Part shown: piece after piece, positions 39,719-49,887 of the stretch
Position numbering within the stretch: the stretch's first letter is position 1
How the letters are laid out: each line of letters opens with the position of its first letter
IMG/VR virus record: IMGVR_UViG_3300029904_000006
Span: 1 to 64,000 of that record
DNA length: 64,000 nucleotides
Reading direction: 5' to 3' (one strand)
Source: a virus
Notes under the pieces: model-generated
What the model was told of the DNA's origin: nothing
What the model saw: only the letters and a program-made list of their open reading frames with translations
Databases searched by the model: none
Translations under genes and position numbers: made by a program

Positions 39719-41857
39719 TTATTCTTGTATTACAGAAACAGTAAGTGCAGCAATAGAAATAATATCTTGTTGTTGCTCAGAATTTAATTGATTCCATATA
39801 CTTTGTTGAATATATAAATTAGCGCATTGAACAACAAAACTCATACTATTTACAAAAGCATCTATATCAAGTTTTTTACATCCTGTTAAATCTATTGTAT
39901 TAACTCTAAATTTTTTATCAGCATCAGATTGTAGTCTAAAATAAACAAGTTCTTCACAACCATTACAATCTATATTTCCTGTATACCAATATCTATTAGA
40001 ATAATTTATATTAAGATTAACTGATGTAAGTTTCTTTAGATTACTAAAATAATAATAAACATTATAATTTTGATTATTGTCATAGGTAGAAATATTAAGA
40101 TGAATATTAGGACACTTAGTCATATTAGTATTTCCTCTAAAATCAATAATGTTAGAACTGGTGTCTCCTAAATCTATATAAATATCTTTATAATACCAAT
40201 GACAATTTTCAGTAAAATCAATAGTAGGAATATTATAAAAAGGATTCAGTTCTCTATTATAACCATCAAGTTGTTTATAATCAAGATATAATGTTTGCTC
40301 AGGAACATTATTTATAATAGTAGAACCACTAAAATTAATATACTGATAAGGTGTACCATCTTCATTATATTGATAATCAGGATTATGAAATATATAAGGA
40401 AAATTTTTAGGAGTATCACTTGTTACATTAGTAAACTCAATATTCCTTAAGCAATCAAAGTTCTTAAAATCAATATCACCTTCAATATAACAACTATTAA
40501 ATTGACCACTACTTTCAACAATAGTCTTATTAGGAGAAAAATCAAAACTAATACCACCTAAGAATCTACAATTAGAATAAATCCCAGTAGTAGTAGTAGT
40601 AGTAGTAGTAGTAATAGGAGGTAATGTATCAAACTCATTATAAGCAAAAGTATAATTCATACTTGTGCATCCAGCAAAATTATCAGATACATTAAAATTA
40701 CAAGTAGCAAATCCAACTCCTTTAATATTATAATTAGTTATACCACTATCGTTAAACCAAGTCTCTTGTACTCTATTTGTTAAATGTACATTATTATTAG
40801 ATTCTTTACCTAATATATTCCTAAAAGCATAATCAAGATTATACTGACCACTAACACCAAGATTGATAGTGAGATTCTTGTTTCTTCCATAACTAGCACT
40901 ATTATAACTACCAATAGAATCAAATAAACCAGTTAAATCAAGAACTTCTTCATCATGATTTACATTACTTAAATCAAGACTTATTACATGAGGATTATCA
41001 TCATTTCCACTTGGATAAAAGAAAACAGCTCCACTAAAAGCATATCTCCAGCTCTTAATATTATTAATAGTATCAGCAGTAAAATAATCATTAATATTAA
41101 TAGATGGGGCTTTAAGATTAGCCCAATGAAAACCAAAGTCAAGTAATTCAAGTAATGGAGCATTAAGAATAAAATTATCTTCTATCCAAGCACCTTTAAC
41201 AAATCCTTTAGCAGATATAAGATTAGGCATAGAAAGATTAATTCCTTCAGTAGAATCAACAATCTTAAATCTATTACAGAAGAACATTTCTTCTGCACTC
41301 TTTAAAGCAGGATAATCAGCTTGATTTAGTGTAAGTAATGGAGCATAAGTATTTTGATATTGAGTAGAAGTAAATATTGTATTAATATTACTAATCCTTT
41401 TATAAGCTCTATCAGCAGTAACTATATTACTTGTATCAAAACTTTCAACAGTAGTAATTTTATCTTGACTATTCAGAAAATCATTTATATGATATAATCT
41501 ATTACCATCAATAATAGACCTTACAGTATTAGTTTCTTTTACCTTATAAAGATTTCCTCCATGAAGAACTTTATTATTATAAGTATAATCATTCCATTCC
41601 CATCCAAAATAACCCCAGACAATCTCTAAGAAGAACTTAGTCTTAGTAACATCACTATCCCAATATTTCATAACATATTCATTATCATTATTGGTAGTTC
41701 TATGAGAAGGATAATAATCCTTCTCATTTTCTGGTAATTCATTTGGACTTTTAATAACAGAATAATTCACTTCCTCAAATGTAGATTCTTTTGCAGTATA
41801 ATCTGATTCATTATCAAATACTGTAAGATATTTATGTTCATAATGAGGAATATCCAT
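39719..41857 (-). CDS. 712-aa tail fibre/receptor-binding candidate with poly-Thr linker
   Basis: ORF track. Repetitive F..C...L-type segments (possibly LRR/BspA-like, uncertain). Thr9 is encoded by an (ACT)9 microsatellite. Confidence 0.45.
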   Translation of the reverse strand: MDIPHYEHKYLTVFDNESDYTAKESTFEEVNYSVIKSPNELPENEKDYYPSHRTTNNDNEYVMKYWDSDVTKTKFFLEIVWGYFGWEWNDYTYNNKVLHGGNLYKVKETNTVRSIIDGNRLYHINDFLNSQDKITTVESFDTSNIVTADRAYKRISNINTIFTSTQYQNTYAPLLTLNQADYPALKSAEEMFFCNRFKIVDSTEGINLSMPNLISAKGFVKGAWIEDNFILNAPLLELLDFGFHWANLKAPSININDYFTADTINNIKSWRYAFSGAVFFYPSGNDDNPHVISLDLSNVNHDEEVLDLTGLFDSIGSYNSASYGRNKNLTINLGVSGQYNLDYAFRNILGKESNNNVHLTNRVQETWFNDSGITNYNIKGVGFATCNFNVSDNFAGCTSMNYTFAYNEFDTLPPITTTTTTTTTGIYSNCRFLGGISFDFSPNKTIVESSGQFNSCYIEGDIDFKNFDCLRNIEFTNVTSDTPKNFPYIFHNPDYQYNEDGTPYQYINFSGSTIINNVPEQTLYLDYKQLDGYNRELNPFYNIPTIDFTENCHWYYKDIYIDLGDTSSNIIDFRGNTNMTKCPNIHLNISTYDNNQNYNVYYYFSNLKKLTSVNLNINYSNRYWYTGNIDCNGCEELVYFRLQSDADKKFRVNTIDLTGCKKLDIDAFVNSMSFVVQCANLYIQQSIWNQLNSEQQQDIISIAALTVSVIQE
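40586..40612 (-). repeat. (ACT)9 trinucleotide microsatellite encoding Thr9
   Basis: Plus strand (agt)x9, in frame (PPI-TTTTTTTTT-GIY). Confidence 0.95.
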
Positions 41858-41861
41858 AATA

Positions 41862-42620
41862 TTATTTATTTTGTAGTTCTGTTATAGCCATTTCATGTCT
41901 TGCAAGAGCATTAGCAGTAACTCTTTCATTATCTTTAATAGCAGTCTGTAATTCAGTAATATACTCACCAATTACATCATCAAGAACTTCCTTGATATAG
42001 TTCTTTATAGTAGTAGCACCTTCTTCACTATTGAAATAATTATTAACAGCTTCTTGTATATATTGAGGAACTATCTTATTAAGTATCTCCATGATAGTTT
42101 CATCAAAATTACCACTTTCAAAATAATTATTGACTATCTCCTCAATACTATTATTAATGATTTCAACTAAATCAGGGTAATCTTTAAAGTTTTCAAATAT
42201 CTCTTGAATAATCTTTTTAATATCTTCAAGAAGACTATCAAAATCCCATGCTTCCCAATTCTCATCAGCTTTCCAAGCCTCATCAGATATACTATCTTCT
42301 CCTTTATATCTTTGAGTCCAAGTATAATTATTAAGGTCTCTGAAAGTAACAATAAGACCTTTTCTTCTCATATCTATACCAACTTGAAGTCTTGTATCTT
42401 CAGTAGTTCCATTAAAAGGAAGATATATAGCATTACATAAAGCAAGAATCTGGTCAAGTCTTGTTCCTGTAAGTCCATCGTAAATAGCTTGAATTACACT
42501 AACAGGAAAAACATCTTTATTCTTAAACTTATTAACAGCGTCATCTGTAACTATCTTAAATAGCTGCTGTATTGTAGTAGCATCATATCTTATACATAAA
42601 TCATTCATAAAGCATTCCAT
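41862..42620 (-). CDS. 252-aa fibre-associated protein sharing the N-terminal adaptor module
   Basis: ORF track. TTEDTRLQVGIDMRRKGLIVTFRD..NWEAW aligns with TIEETRLLIPTYLRRFGLWISYED..NWEIV of the 1282-aa fibre. Confidence 0.55.
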   Translation of the reverse strand: MECFMNDLCIRYDATTIQQLFKIVTDDAVNKFKNKDVFPVSVIQAIYDGLTGTRLDQILALCNAIYLPFNGTTEDTRLQVGIDMRRKGLIVTFRDLNNYTWTQRYKGEDSISDEAWKADENWEAWDFDSLLEDIKKIIQEIFENFKDYPDLVEIINNSIEEIVNNYFESGNFDETIMEILNKIVPQYIQEAVNNYFNSEEGATTIKNYIKEVLDDVIGEYITELQTAIKDNERVTANALARHEMAITELQNK

Positions 42621-43912
42621 TTATTATTCTTATAAACTTCATACACAGCAGTATCTTTATTATATCTTAATTGACCAGTACGAAAATCACCATTAAAAGT
42701 AATATTATTAAATTCATCAAGAACACCAAAAATATCTTTTACATAAGCATTATTTAGATTTATAATTCCTCTATTTATAGAACCACCTTCAAAAAGCAAA
42801 ATACAATTTTCAGGAATAGTAATTTCTTTATCATTTAAACAATAATCATATCTAATTACATAAACAGTATTTGGAGTATTAATCATAGATTGTTCAAGAA
42901 GATTAATATCGTCAGTCATATTTCTTCTTAATATAACATATCCATAACCAGTAAATTTACCTTCTTTATATTCTCGATTAGCAAACTTTAATTTATTATC
43001 TTCAACAGTTAAATCTTCTTCATCAGGAAAATTAGTTATATTTCCACCAGAAGAAAACATTTGTTTAATACTTTCAGATAAATCATCCCAAACAATACTA
43101 CCATCAGGTATATCCAAATTATTAATTTGATTTATAACTTCTTTTATAATAGCATTATGTAATCCACTTCGAGTTATATAAGTATCATGAATAATATTAC
43201 CTAAAGCATCTTTAGTAGCTCTATCAGCATAAGTTTCATCTAAACGAGTTTCAAATTCACCAGCATCTCTTGAATAAATAGCTTTATATTTATTAGCAAA
43301 AGCAAATGCAGGAGTTTGAGTATTTTTCCAATTACCATTCTCTACGCAAACATAAAGAATAGCATTATCCATACTTTCACCAACAAAAGCATAATCACCT
43401 ATTTCTGGATGAGGAACATTATTTATAAGAAGACATTCATTAAGAAAATAACCTTTAAACTTATCAATGTTATCATAAATACTTATCCAACATTCAAGTT
43501 TATTCCAATCATCAATAGTATCAGAATTAAACTGATAAAGGAACCATTCAGCTCCTCCATCTTGATTAGATGGATTAGTACCATAAAAACCAAGAATAAG
43601 TCCGGGTCGTTTGTCTTCTGTGTTAATAGTAGCAATAGCTGTTTCAAGAGTATATCTAACAAGTTCATTAGTATTTGGGTCAATATCAGAAAGAATAATA
43701 ATATTATTATCTCTATATCCGCCAGAACCAATAGGTTGCCAATACTCTTGATTTTCAATACTTACTCCAGTGGGTACATCTTTCTTAGCAATATAACTAC
43801 GACCTGTAATAGGATGTGTAACTATATCTATACGTTCATAAGTATTTGCTCTTGTCCAATCGCCAGCAGGAGTAAGACAAACTTTACCAAGATTTTTATA
43901 AGCAGGTTTCAT
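42605..43912 (-). CDS. 435-aa tail fibre/spike protein
   Basis: ORF track. N-terminal GDWTRANTYERIDIVTHPITGRSYIAKKDVPTGVSIENQEYWQPI follows a fibre/CBM-like motif, followed by the shared adaptor. The C-terminal GYVILRRN..VIRYDYCL..ITIPENCILLFEGGSINRGIIN is homologous to residues 174-246 of the 1282-aa fibre. Confidence 0.65.
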   Translation of the reverse strand: MKPAYKNLGKVCLTPAGDWTRANTYERIDIVTHPITGRSYIAKKDVPTGVSIENQEYWQPIGSGGYRDNNIIILSDIDPNTNELVRYTLETAIATINTEDKRPGLILGFYGTNPSNQDGGAEWFLYQFNSDTIDDWNKLECWISIYDNIDKFKGYFLNECLLINNVPHPEIGDYAFVGESMDNAILYVCVENGNWKNTQTPAFAFANKYKAIYSRDAGEFETRLDETYADRATKDALGNIIHDTYITRSGLHNAIIKEVINQINNLDIPDGSIVWDDLSESIKQMFSSGGNITNFPDEEDLTVEDNKLKFANREYKEGKFTGYGYVILRRNMTDDINLLEQSMINTPNTVYVIRYDYCLNDKEITIPENCILLFEGGSINRGIINLNNAYVKDIFGVLDEFNNITFNGDFRTGQLRYNKDTAVYEVYKNNKWNAL

Positions 43913-43918
43913 AAAATT

Positions 43919-43936
43919 ATTAGTTATTATGACTTA
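43919..43936 (-). repeat. 18-nt leader/promoter-region repeat, copy 2
   Basis: Plus strand attagttattatgactta, 6 nt upstream of the ATG at 43912. Identical to 22201-22218. Confidence 0.9.
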
Positions 43937-44055
43937 TTTTCGGGCTATTTGACTGTCTTTTGCTTATAGCTTATAAATAGTATCGTAAAGTATATCCGAA
44001 AGCTCATACAGCTAATAATAGCTAAATACAGCCGTTTTTGTTAGTATTGTTGGCA

Positions 44056-44628
44056 TTAACCATTGTACTTGCCCGTAGAGGAATCAATATCAATATCAGT
44101 CTCACTTGTATCAGTAGAAATCAAATCATTATCCTTAACAGTATAAACTTTACCATCATCTTTACTTTCAAGATATTGCTCATAAAGTTCTCCAGTTTTA
44201 GTATCCACTATAAACTTAACATCATTGCCACAACTAACCATAGCTTTAAGTTTACCATCTTCAGTTACAGCAAGAGGCACAGTAGACTTATAAACAGTCT
44301 TACCTGAGCCTTTATATATAAGCTCAAGTTGTTTTTTAATATAATCAATAAAGAACTCAGCTTCTTTGTTACGACCTAAAGTACGACAAGCAATAGCAGA
44401 CTGAAACAAGTTCCAACAAGTAATAATATTTTTACTATTTCCTTTACATATAGCACTACAATCATCAACGATAGTTTTACCAAAGTCAGCCATATACGTC
44501 AAAAGTTTGTGATAAACACAAACATACTCAGCGGGAATAGTAAGATAAACATATTCAGGATTAATTTCCTTATATGATTCTTGTTCCTTATCAGCAAGGA
44601 CATGAACTTCATTATAGCTATCCGACAT
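44056..44628 (-). CDS. 190-aa protein, function unknown
   Basis: ORF track. The last codons (DSSTGKYNG) are built on a motif copy. Confidence 0.8.
   Translation of the reverse strand: MSDSYNEVHVLADKEQESYKEINPEYVYLTIPAEYVCVYHKLLTYMADFGKTIVDDCSAICKGNSKNIITCWNLFQSAIACRTLGRNKEAEFFIDYIKKQLELIYKGSGKTVYKSTVPLAVTEDGKLKAMVSCGNDVKFIVDTKTGELYEQYLESKDDGKVYTVKDNDLISTDTSETDIDIDSSTGKYNG
44072..44080 (+). repeat. CCCGTAGAG-family motif copy (plus)
   Basis: tgtacttgCCCGTAGAGgaatc. It lies at the 3' end of the 190-aa gene, 159 nt before the ATG at 43912. Confidence 0.9.
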
Positions 44629-44842
44629 AACTTAACTTATTAATAAAGTTAGAAATATTATTAAGTTGAGTAGCATTAAAAATCTCAACATTTTCCATAC
44701 AATGAATAAGTATTGAGAACAGCATCGGAATACAGTCGTCGGATATAAAACCAAGTTCAAGTCTTTTAATATTAGAAGATTGTATATCTGCAAGAAGACT
44801 ATTATATTTATCTATTAAAGTTTGTCTTAGTTTATTATCCAT
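44618..44842 (-). CDS. 74-aa protein, function unknown
   Basis: ORF track. Confidence 0.7.
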   Translation of the reverse strand: MDNKLRQTLIDKYNSLLADIQSSNIKRLELGFISDDCIPMLFSILIHCMENVEIFNATQLNNISNFINKLSYVG

Positions 44843-44846
44843 AGTA

Positions 44847-45488
44847 TTATCCTTTTATAGAATTATTTATAACATAAGTAATATAAGATTGAAATTTCAG
44901 ATTAATCTTATTAGAAAAACTAAGTATTTTATCTTCAGCGTTAAGTTTATCATTATAAATACTTGCAATCATAGCTTGTTCTACTTCTTCAATCCACTCT
45001 TTCTTAAGATGAGCAGAAACTTTTTCTCCATTAAATTCATATAGAGATAAAGTAGAATAAATAGTATAATATTCAGCATTAGTGATATTTTTAATATTAG
45101 CCAATATAGTTTCTCTATTAATATCAATATGATTGTTAATAAGAGTGTCTACGACAAATTTATTAAGTTTATAAGCTGCATGACTCATAGAATCAGTAAT
45201 CGCAGCTTTACATTTATCTTTATCTCTTTCAATAGTACTTTTAGTAATAGTAGTAATAAATGTACTTATATTAGTTATAGATTCAACAAGGTCAGAATTA
45301 ATCTTCGCTTGAAATTTATCTTTTTTATTATCTATAATCTTTACAATAATTAAGTATAAAGCAACTACAATAGCAGGAGTTATACCTTGCGCCAGAGCTT
45401 CTCCTAAAATATCCATAGATTTATAATGTAAAAAGAGGTTATCAATATTAATAATACTATTAACATCGACAACCTCTTTCCGTAACAA
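44847..45488 (-). CDS. 213-aa protein, function unknown (one hydrophobic segment)
   Basis: ORF track. ITPAIVVALYLIIVKII is hydrophobic. Confidence 0.75.
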   Translation of the reverse strand: MLRKEVVDVNSIINIDNLFLHYKSMDILGEALAQGITPAIVVALYLIIVKIIDNKKDKFQAKINSDLVESITNISTFITTITKSTIERDKDKCKAAITDSMSHAAYKLNKFVVDTLINNHIDINRETILANIKNITNAEYYTIYSTLSLYEFNGEKVSAHLKKEWIEEVEQAMIASIYNDKLNAEDKILSFSNKINLKFQSYITYVINNSIKG

Positions 45489-45513
45489 ACTCCCTATGAA
45501 AACAAGCAGCTTT

Positions 45514-46389
45514 TTAAGCTATTCCGGCAAGTGCTTTACAAGCAGTTTCAAAAGCAGCTATTCCAGCAGCTCCAGTCGGGAAAGCAACTTGAACAATTTG
45601 ATTAACTACTTCATCACGGGTCTTGACATCACGAGGTTCAGCAAAACGAAGAGTAAAAATAGTATAGCCTTCATCTTCTGTATCAGCAGCACGAAGCGGA
45701 TTAAGAGGATAATTCGGATACAAATTACGAGTCCAAGTATAGAATGTATATTCAAATCCTGCATCAGCAGCAGCCTTGTTAGCAAGGTCAGTGACATAAG
45801 CAGCATCACCATAAGCAGGAATACCGGTAGCATTTATAGTAACATCTTGACCCATAAGCCAATCAGCACCAATTACATCATAGTCTTTACCTTTTTCCTG
45901 AGCTGTAATAGTGATTGTAGCAGTAGATACAGAAGCGGTGCAACCATGACCAACAGTATTATTGTTAATCTGATTAGCAAGAGCCTGTGCAAGGTCAGCA
46001 GCAGTCATTGTTACATCGATTACAAGAACTGTAGCAGTCCACTTATTACGATAATTAAACTGCATACCTTTCTTAACAATAATTAGAGAATACTCTCCAA
46101 TCTTCGTGGGAGCTTCGATAACGACCGTAGCTTTAAACGTAGTAGCAGCCTGATATTCGCCTTTCACATAAGAAAAATTATTCTTAAAGATAGGAAGCAC
46201 AACAGGACCACCATCATCAGCAGCACGACCAAGTACGAGCATTCCCTCACGAGTGATATGGGAACCGTCATTATCCACAGCCAACTGTCCAGCATTGTTG
46301 TAGTAAAAACCACAAGCACCCGCAGGAACAGCATCCAAAGTAGCAGCAGTAGGATAAGCAACGTCACCAGCTAAAATAAGTTGTCGCAT
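45514..46389 (-). CDS. 291-aa abundant-structural-protein candidate (head decoration/auxiliary or neck)
   Basis: ORF track. GC-richer, with an A/G/T/V-rich composition typical of highly expressed virion proteins. It is the third gene after the MCP. Function is positional only. Confidence 0.4.
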   Translation of the reverse strand: MRQLILAGDVAYPTAATLDAVPAGACGFYYNNAGQLAVDNDGSHITREGMLVLGRAADDGGPVVLPIFKNNFSYVKGEYQAATTFKATVVIEAPTKIGEYSLIIVKKGMQFNYRNKWTATVLVIDVTMTAADLAQALANQINNNTVGHGCTASVSTATITITAQEKGKDYDVIGADWLMGQDVTINATGIPAYGDAAYVTDLANKAAADAGFEYTFYTWTRNLYPNYPLNPLRAADTEDEGYTIFTLRFAEPRDVKTRDEVVNQIVQVAFPTGAAGIAAFETACKALAGIA

Positions 46390-46416
46390 ATTGCTTAAAT
46401 TTTAATGTTTAATTAC

Positions 46417-47223
46417 TTATTGAGAGCGTTGTTGAGAAGCCTGATTAGGAGTTGTTGCTCCAATAGATTGATAGTACTTATAAACAGCTCTTTCAACTAT
46501 TTCAAAATGTGTAAAGACAGGAAGGTCACAATTAACACATTTAGCATCATCTACATCAAACTTAACAACATTAGGAGTTTTAATGTATTTAACATTAAGA
46601 TATTGAATCTTTTGATTCTTAGCATTAAGATAAACTTCGAGTTGTTCGTTAGAAATAACTCCAATTTGTTCAACGTTATTTGAAATAACAGGAATAGAAG
46701 TTAAACAAACAATCGGAGCATCTTTAGAAGCTCCGTTGCAATAATCTCTCAGAGTAGTTTCAAGAACATCACTACCAACAAGCCTACAAGCGATAGGATT
46801 ACCACGAAGAGTATTATCATATTCAATGGAGAATCCTAAAAACATCAGAGGTGTCATAGCATACTCTCCAGAATCAACTGTAACACCAGAATCAACAGTA
46901 GGAATATTGATAATATGAAAACCATTATCGGGATTATAATAATCAACTTTCTTATCATCACCGACAATAGTTACATCAATCTTATAACGAGCAGTACGAA
47001 GAAGATTTCTAAAAGTATTAATTGGAGACATCGTTTGAGCTTGAGTGTTCACACTGTCTTGTAGAGCAGTGCGAACTCCTTCAATAAGCTCAGTACGAGT
47101 TTTCTCCATAATCGCATCATTGAGATAAACATCAATACTTTCAGGAAGAATACCTCTATTAAGTTGCAGACCCATTTGTTGACCAAGAGTCCGAAACGTA
47201 TTGTGCATCTCGTGAATAGTCAT
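46417..47223 (-). CDS. 268-aa head/neck-module protein, function unknown
   Basis: ORF track; position. Confidence 0.75.
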   Translation of the reverse strand: MTIHEMHNTFRTLGQQMGLQLNRGILPESIDVYLNDAIMEKTRTELIEGVRTALQDSVNTQAQTMSPINTFRNLLRTARYKIDVTIVGDDKKVDYYNPDNGFHIINIPTVDSGVTVDSGEYAMTPLMFLGFSIEYDNTLRGNPIACRLVGSDVLETTLRDYCNGASKDAPIVCLTSIPVISNNVEQIGVISNEQLEVYLNAKNQKIQYLNVKYIKTPNVVKFDVDDAKCVNCDLPVFTHFEIVERAVYKYYQSIGATTPNQASQQRSQ

Positions 47224-47224
47224 A

Positions 47225-48376
47225 TTAAATATTATTAAGTCTGTTCAAGTAAGCATTTACAACAGAAGCATTAACAGGGTTCTTAAACCAAGCAACAGCT
47301 TCTTTCATATTTGCTCCAATGAGGTCACCATCAGCAGTGGTTATATTCTGATTATATTGCAGACGAGTAAGTTCACCACGAGCGATAAGCATTTCAATCT
47401 GAGCAATTAATTTATTGTCTTTGTTATTAAAGATTCTGTTAAACTTATCCGGATGTTCAGTACTAAATTTATCCAGCTTAATTTCTCTTTCAAGTCTATC
47501 TTCTGCAAGAGAAGAAATAACTGGAAAATTATTAGCAAGACAATACTGAATATAAATAGCGTCAAAGAGTTTGTCATCAGCAAGACAAGCAACATAGTTA
47601 GCTTTAGCACGATTAACTTGCTGACGGAAATCTTGACGTTTCTTAGCTTCTTTGACATCATCTTTGAAGTAGAACCTAACAGAAGCATCTGCATTAACAA
47701 GCGCAACATCTTTCGCAACATCATTGTACAAAAGACAATGGCGATAAAGCAGATAATCAGACATATTCAGAGGATAACCATACTTATGTTTAGTTCCTTC
47801 AAGAGCATTAAGAGCATTAATTTTAATCTTAAGAGCTTCACGAAGTTTCTTAGTAGTAGTACGGTCAGCTTTCTGATATTCTTCTTCTATTTTAGTTTCC
47901 TCAGCATGAATTCTGTCATAATCTTTTTTATGATAATAAAGAAAAGAAGTATCGAAAGTACGTCCAAGTTCATCAACACTAACTCGAATGTTATTGAGAT
48001 ACTCTTTAACTCTCATTACAAAATCCGGGTCATTAACAGAACGACCGACGATATTAGGAAAATACGCTTCAACCTCTTGTTTATTAGCTGCAAGAATTTG
48101 AGAAGATTGAACACAACTACCAATATAATCCATTTTCTTAGGAAGAACTTTGTCGTTAGCTTTACGATAAAGACTATAATTCTTAATAAGCATGATAGTT
48201 ACACTACGGCGGTCAGTATATTCTAATTCTCCATAATCAATATCTTCAGCAGTAGCTTGCGGCTTAGGTTGTTCCTCTACGGGGGAGGGCGTGTTATCTA
48301 CTTCTGCTTTATTTGCACCAGCATCAGCACTTGCATTACCGATTCTAAAACTGGCTTTAGCATCATTGTTATCCAT
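47225..48376 (-). CDS. 383-aa head-module protein, function unknown
   Basis: ORF track. It lies immediately downstream of the MCP. The disordered N-terminus carries a motif copy (SPVEEQPKP). Confidence 0.75.
   Translation of the reverse strand: MDNNDAKASFRIGNASADAGANKAEVDNTPSPVEEQPKPQATAEDIDYGELEYTDRRSVTIMLIKNYSLYRKANDKVLPKKMDYIGSCVQSSQILAANKQEVEAYFPNIVGRSVNDPDFVMRVKEYLNNIRVSVDELGRTFDTSFLYYHKKDYDRIHAEETKIEEEYQKADRTTTKKLREALKIKINALNALEGTKHKYGYPLNMSDYLLYRHCLLYNDVAKDVALVNADASVRFYFKDDVKEAKKRQDFRQQVNRAKANYVACLADDKLFDAIYIQYCLANNFPVISSLAEDRLEREIKLDKFSTEHPDKFNRIFNNKDNKLIAQIEMLIARGELTRLQYNQNITTADGDLIGANMKEAVAWFKNPVNASVVNAYLNRLNNI
48275..48283 (-). repeat. CCCGTAGAG-family motif copy (minus), C-variant flank
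   Basis: Plus strand gttcCTCTACGGGggaggg. Read as S-P-V-E-E. Confidence 0.8.
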
Positions 48377-48398
48377 AATTACATCAGTTTATTTGTTA

Positions 48399-49871
48399 TT
48401 ACAAAGCACAACTCAACAAGAACATCTTAGTAGAATTATTAACTTGCAGACCTATAGAAGATTTAACTTCATAACGTGCCAAGTCAATTTCAGTAGCAGC
48501 ATGGTTAGTGTTAGGAAGACCCCAGCAAGCCGGAATATCAGTCATACCTTCGATAACCTTAGCCTTATAGATTTGTCCCTTTTGACGAACCATACGAACA
48601 TTACGTTGACCTTCATAATTAGAGAAATCAATAAAGGCAGCTTGGTGAGAAGTAATAGGAAGGCCAGAACGAGGATGAATATAACCATTTTGCTTAGCAG
48701 CTTCTGCAATAGTACCCTTATCAAAGAAAGAACAATGCTTCACAGTAATACGGTGACCATCAACAGTCTTATAAGCGCGGAAATAAGCACCATATTCAAG
48801 ACCATAACCACTTCCTTGAATTTCTTTATCGCCAAGAGGAGTAAGGAATCCGTTATCCTTAGCATCACGCTTTAAAGCGTCGTCAAAGTCTTCCATGAAA
48901 CCTTTACCAGCCATAAGAACAACTTCCATAGAACCAGTATCAGTATCACGGTCAAGAACGTCATCGACAATTCTCTTCAACTTACCAATAGTTAGATATT
49001 CACCATAAGTATCGTAGTTAGACTCACGACAAATCTCCAACATACCAGAAGTATGAGGAATAGGTTTACCATTGTCACGGTCTTTCAACATAATCTCACC
49101 ATTAGTATTACGGTTGTACTCAGCAATCCACAAACGTTCTTCATTCATTACACGCATAGTAAGATTGAACTGACGCATTTCTTCATTAATCCAAAGATTA
49201 GAAGTACCACCATTTCCATTCTTAAACTCATAGCAAGTAACAACGTTAGCAAGATTACCAGCAATTTCCTTAGAATAACGATGGAACTCAAGCTGAGAAG
49301 TCATCTTACCCGGTCCCATAGAATTACTTCTATTACCCTTAGAATACGATTCAGAAACCGTAGGAGCAGTCATACTCCAATACTTACCTTTAGCAAGCAT
49401 TTCAGGGTCAACAAAAGCATTAGGATTAGGATTAGTAATCTTCAACAGATAAGCATAACCATAAGGAGATTCACCTAAATCTTTCTGAATACGAACCTGA
49501 GTTTTACCATCAGGAGCAAGCAGACCATACTGTTCAATAAACCAATGAGTGCTAAAATGAACCTCAAACTCAGCACCAGCAAGACCCGGCTTTGTGTTAG
49601 CGGTATTAAAATAAGTAACGAAGTCAGTAAACTTCATACGACCCATTGTACTCCAAGTCCATTGAACCGTAGCAATATCAACAACACCAGAGCTTCCTTG
49701 ACCTTCGGTCATAAACGACAACGGAAAACGGTCATCGTCCATACCGTAGTTATAGGTCATAAAAGCATTAATTTCCACAGGTTTTGTAAGCTGAAGATAA
49801 GCAATACTCTCTTCATTAGAATATCCTCTATCCTCATAGCGACCCTGTGAAAGAATACGCATTTTGTACAT
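48399..49871 (-). CDS. major capsid protein (HK97-fold, crAss-like)
   Basis: ORF track, 490 aa. It follows the canonical TerL-portal-x-MCP order and has GC-richer, highly expressed codon usage. I recognise the sequence style as a crAss-like MCP from memory; this is not verifiable here. Confidence 0.75.
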   Translation of the reverse strand: MYKMRILSQGRYEDRGYSNEESIAYLQLTKPVEINAFMTYNYGMDDDRFPLSFMTEGQGSSGVVDIATVQWTWSTMGRMKFTDFVTYFNTANTKPGLAGAEFEVHFSTHWFIEQYGLLAPDGKTQVRIQKDLGESPYGYAYLLKITNPNPNAFVDPEMLAKGKYWSMTAPTVSESYSKGNRSNSMGPGKMTSQLEFHRYSKEIAGNLANVVTCYEFKNGNGGTSNLWINEEMRQFNLTMRVMNEERLWIAEYNRNTNGEIMLKDRDNGKPIPHTSGMLEICRESNYDTYGEYLTIGKLKRIVDDVLDRDTDTGSMEVVLMAGKGFMEDFDDALKRDAKDNGFLTPLGDKEIQGSGYGLEYGAYFRAYKTVDGHRITVKHCSFFDKGTIAEAAKQNGYIHPRSGLPITSHQAAFIDFSNYEGQRNVRMVRQKGQIYKAKVIEGMTDIPACWGLPNTNHAATEIDLARYEVKSSIGLQVNNSTKMFLLSCAL

Positions 49872-49887
49872 AATCTACAACTTTAAA

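Noticed and set aside
33119-43912. Diversity-generating retroelement targeting the fibre genes
   Set aside because: No reverse transcriptase ORF and no obvious template/variable repeat pair with A-specific mismatches were seen in the window. I cannot exclude one elsewhere in the genome.
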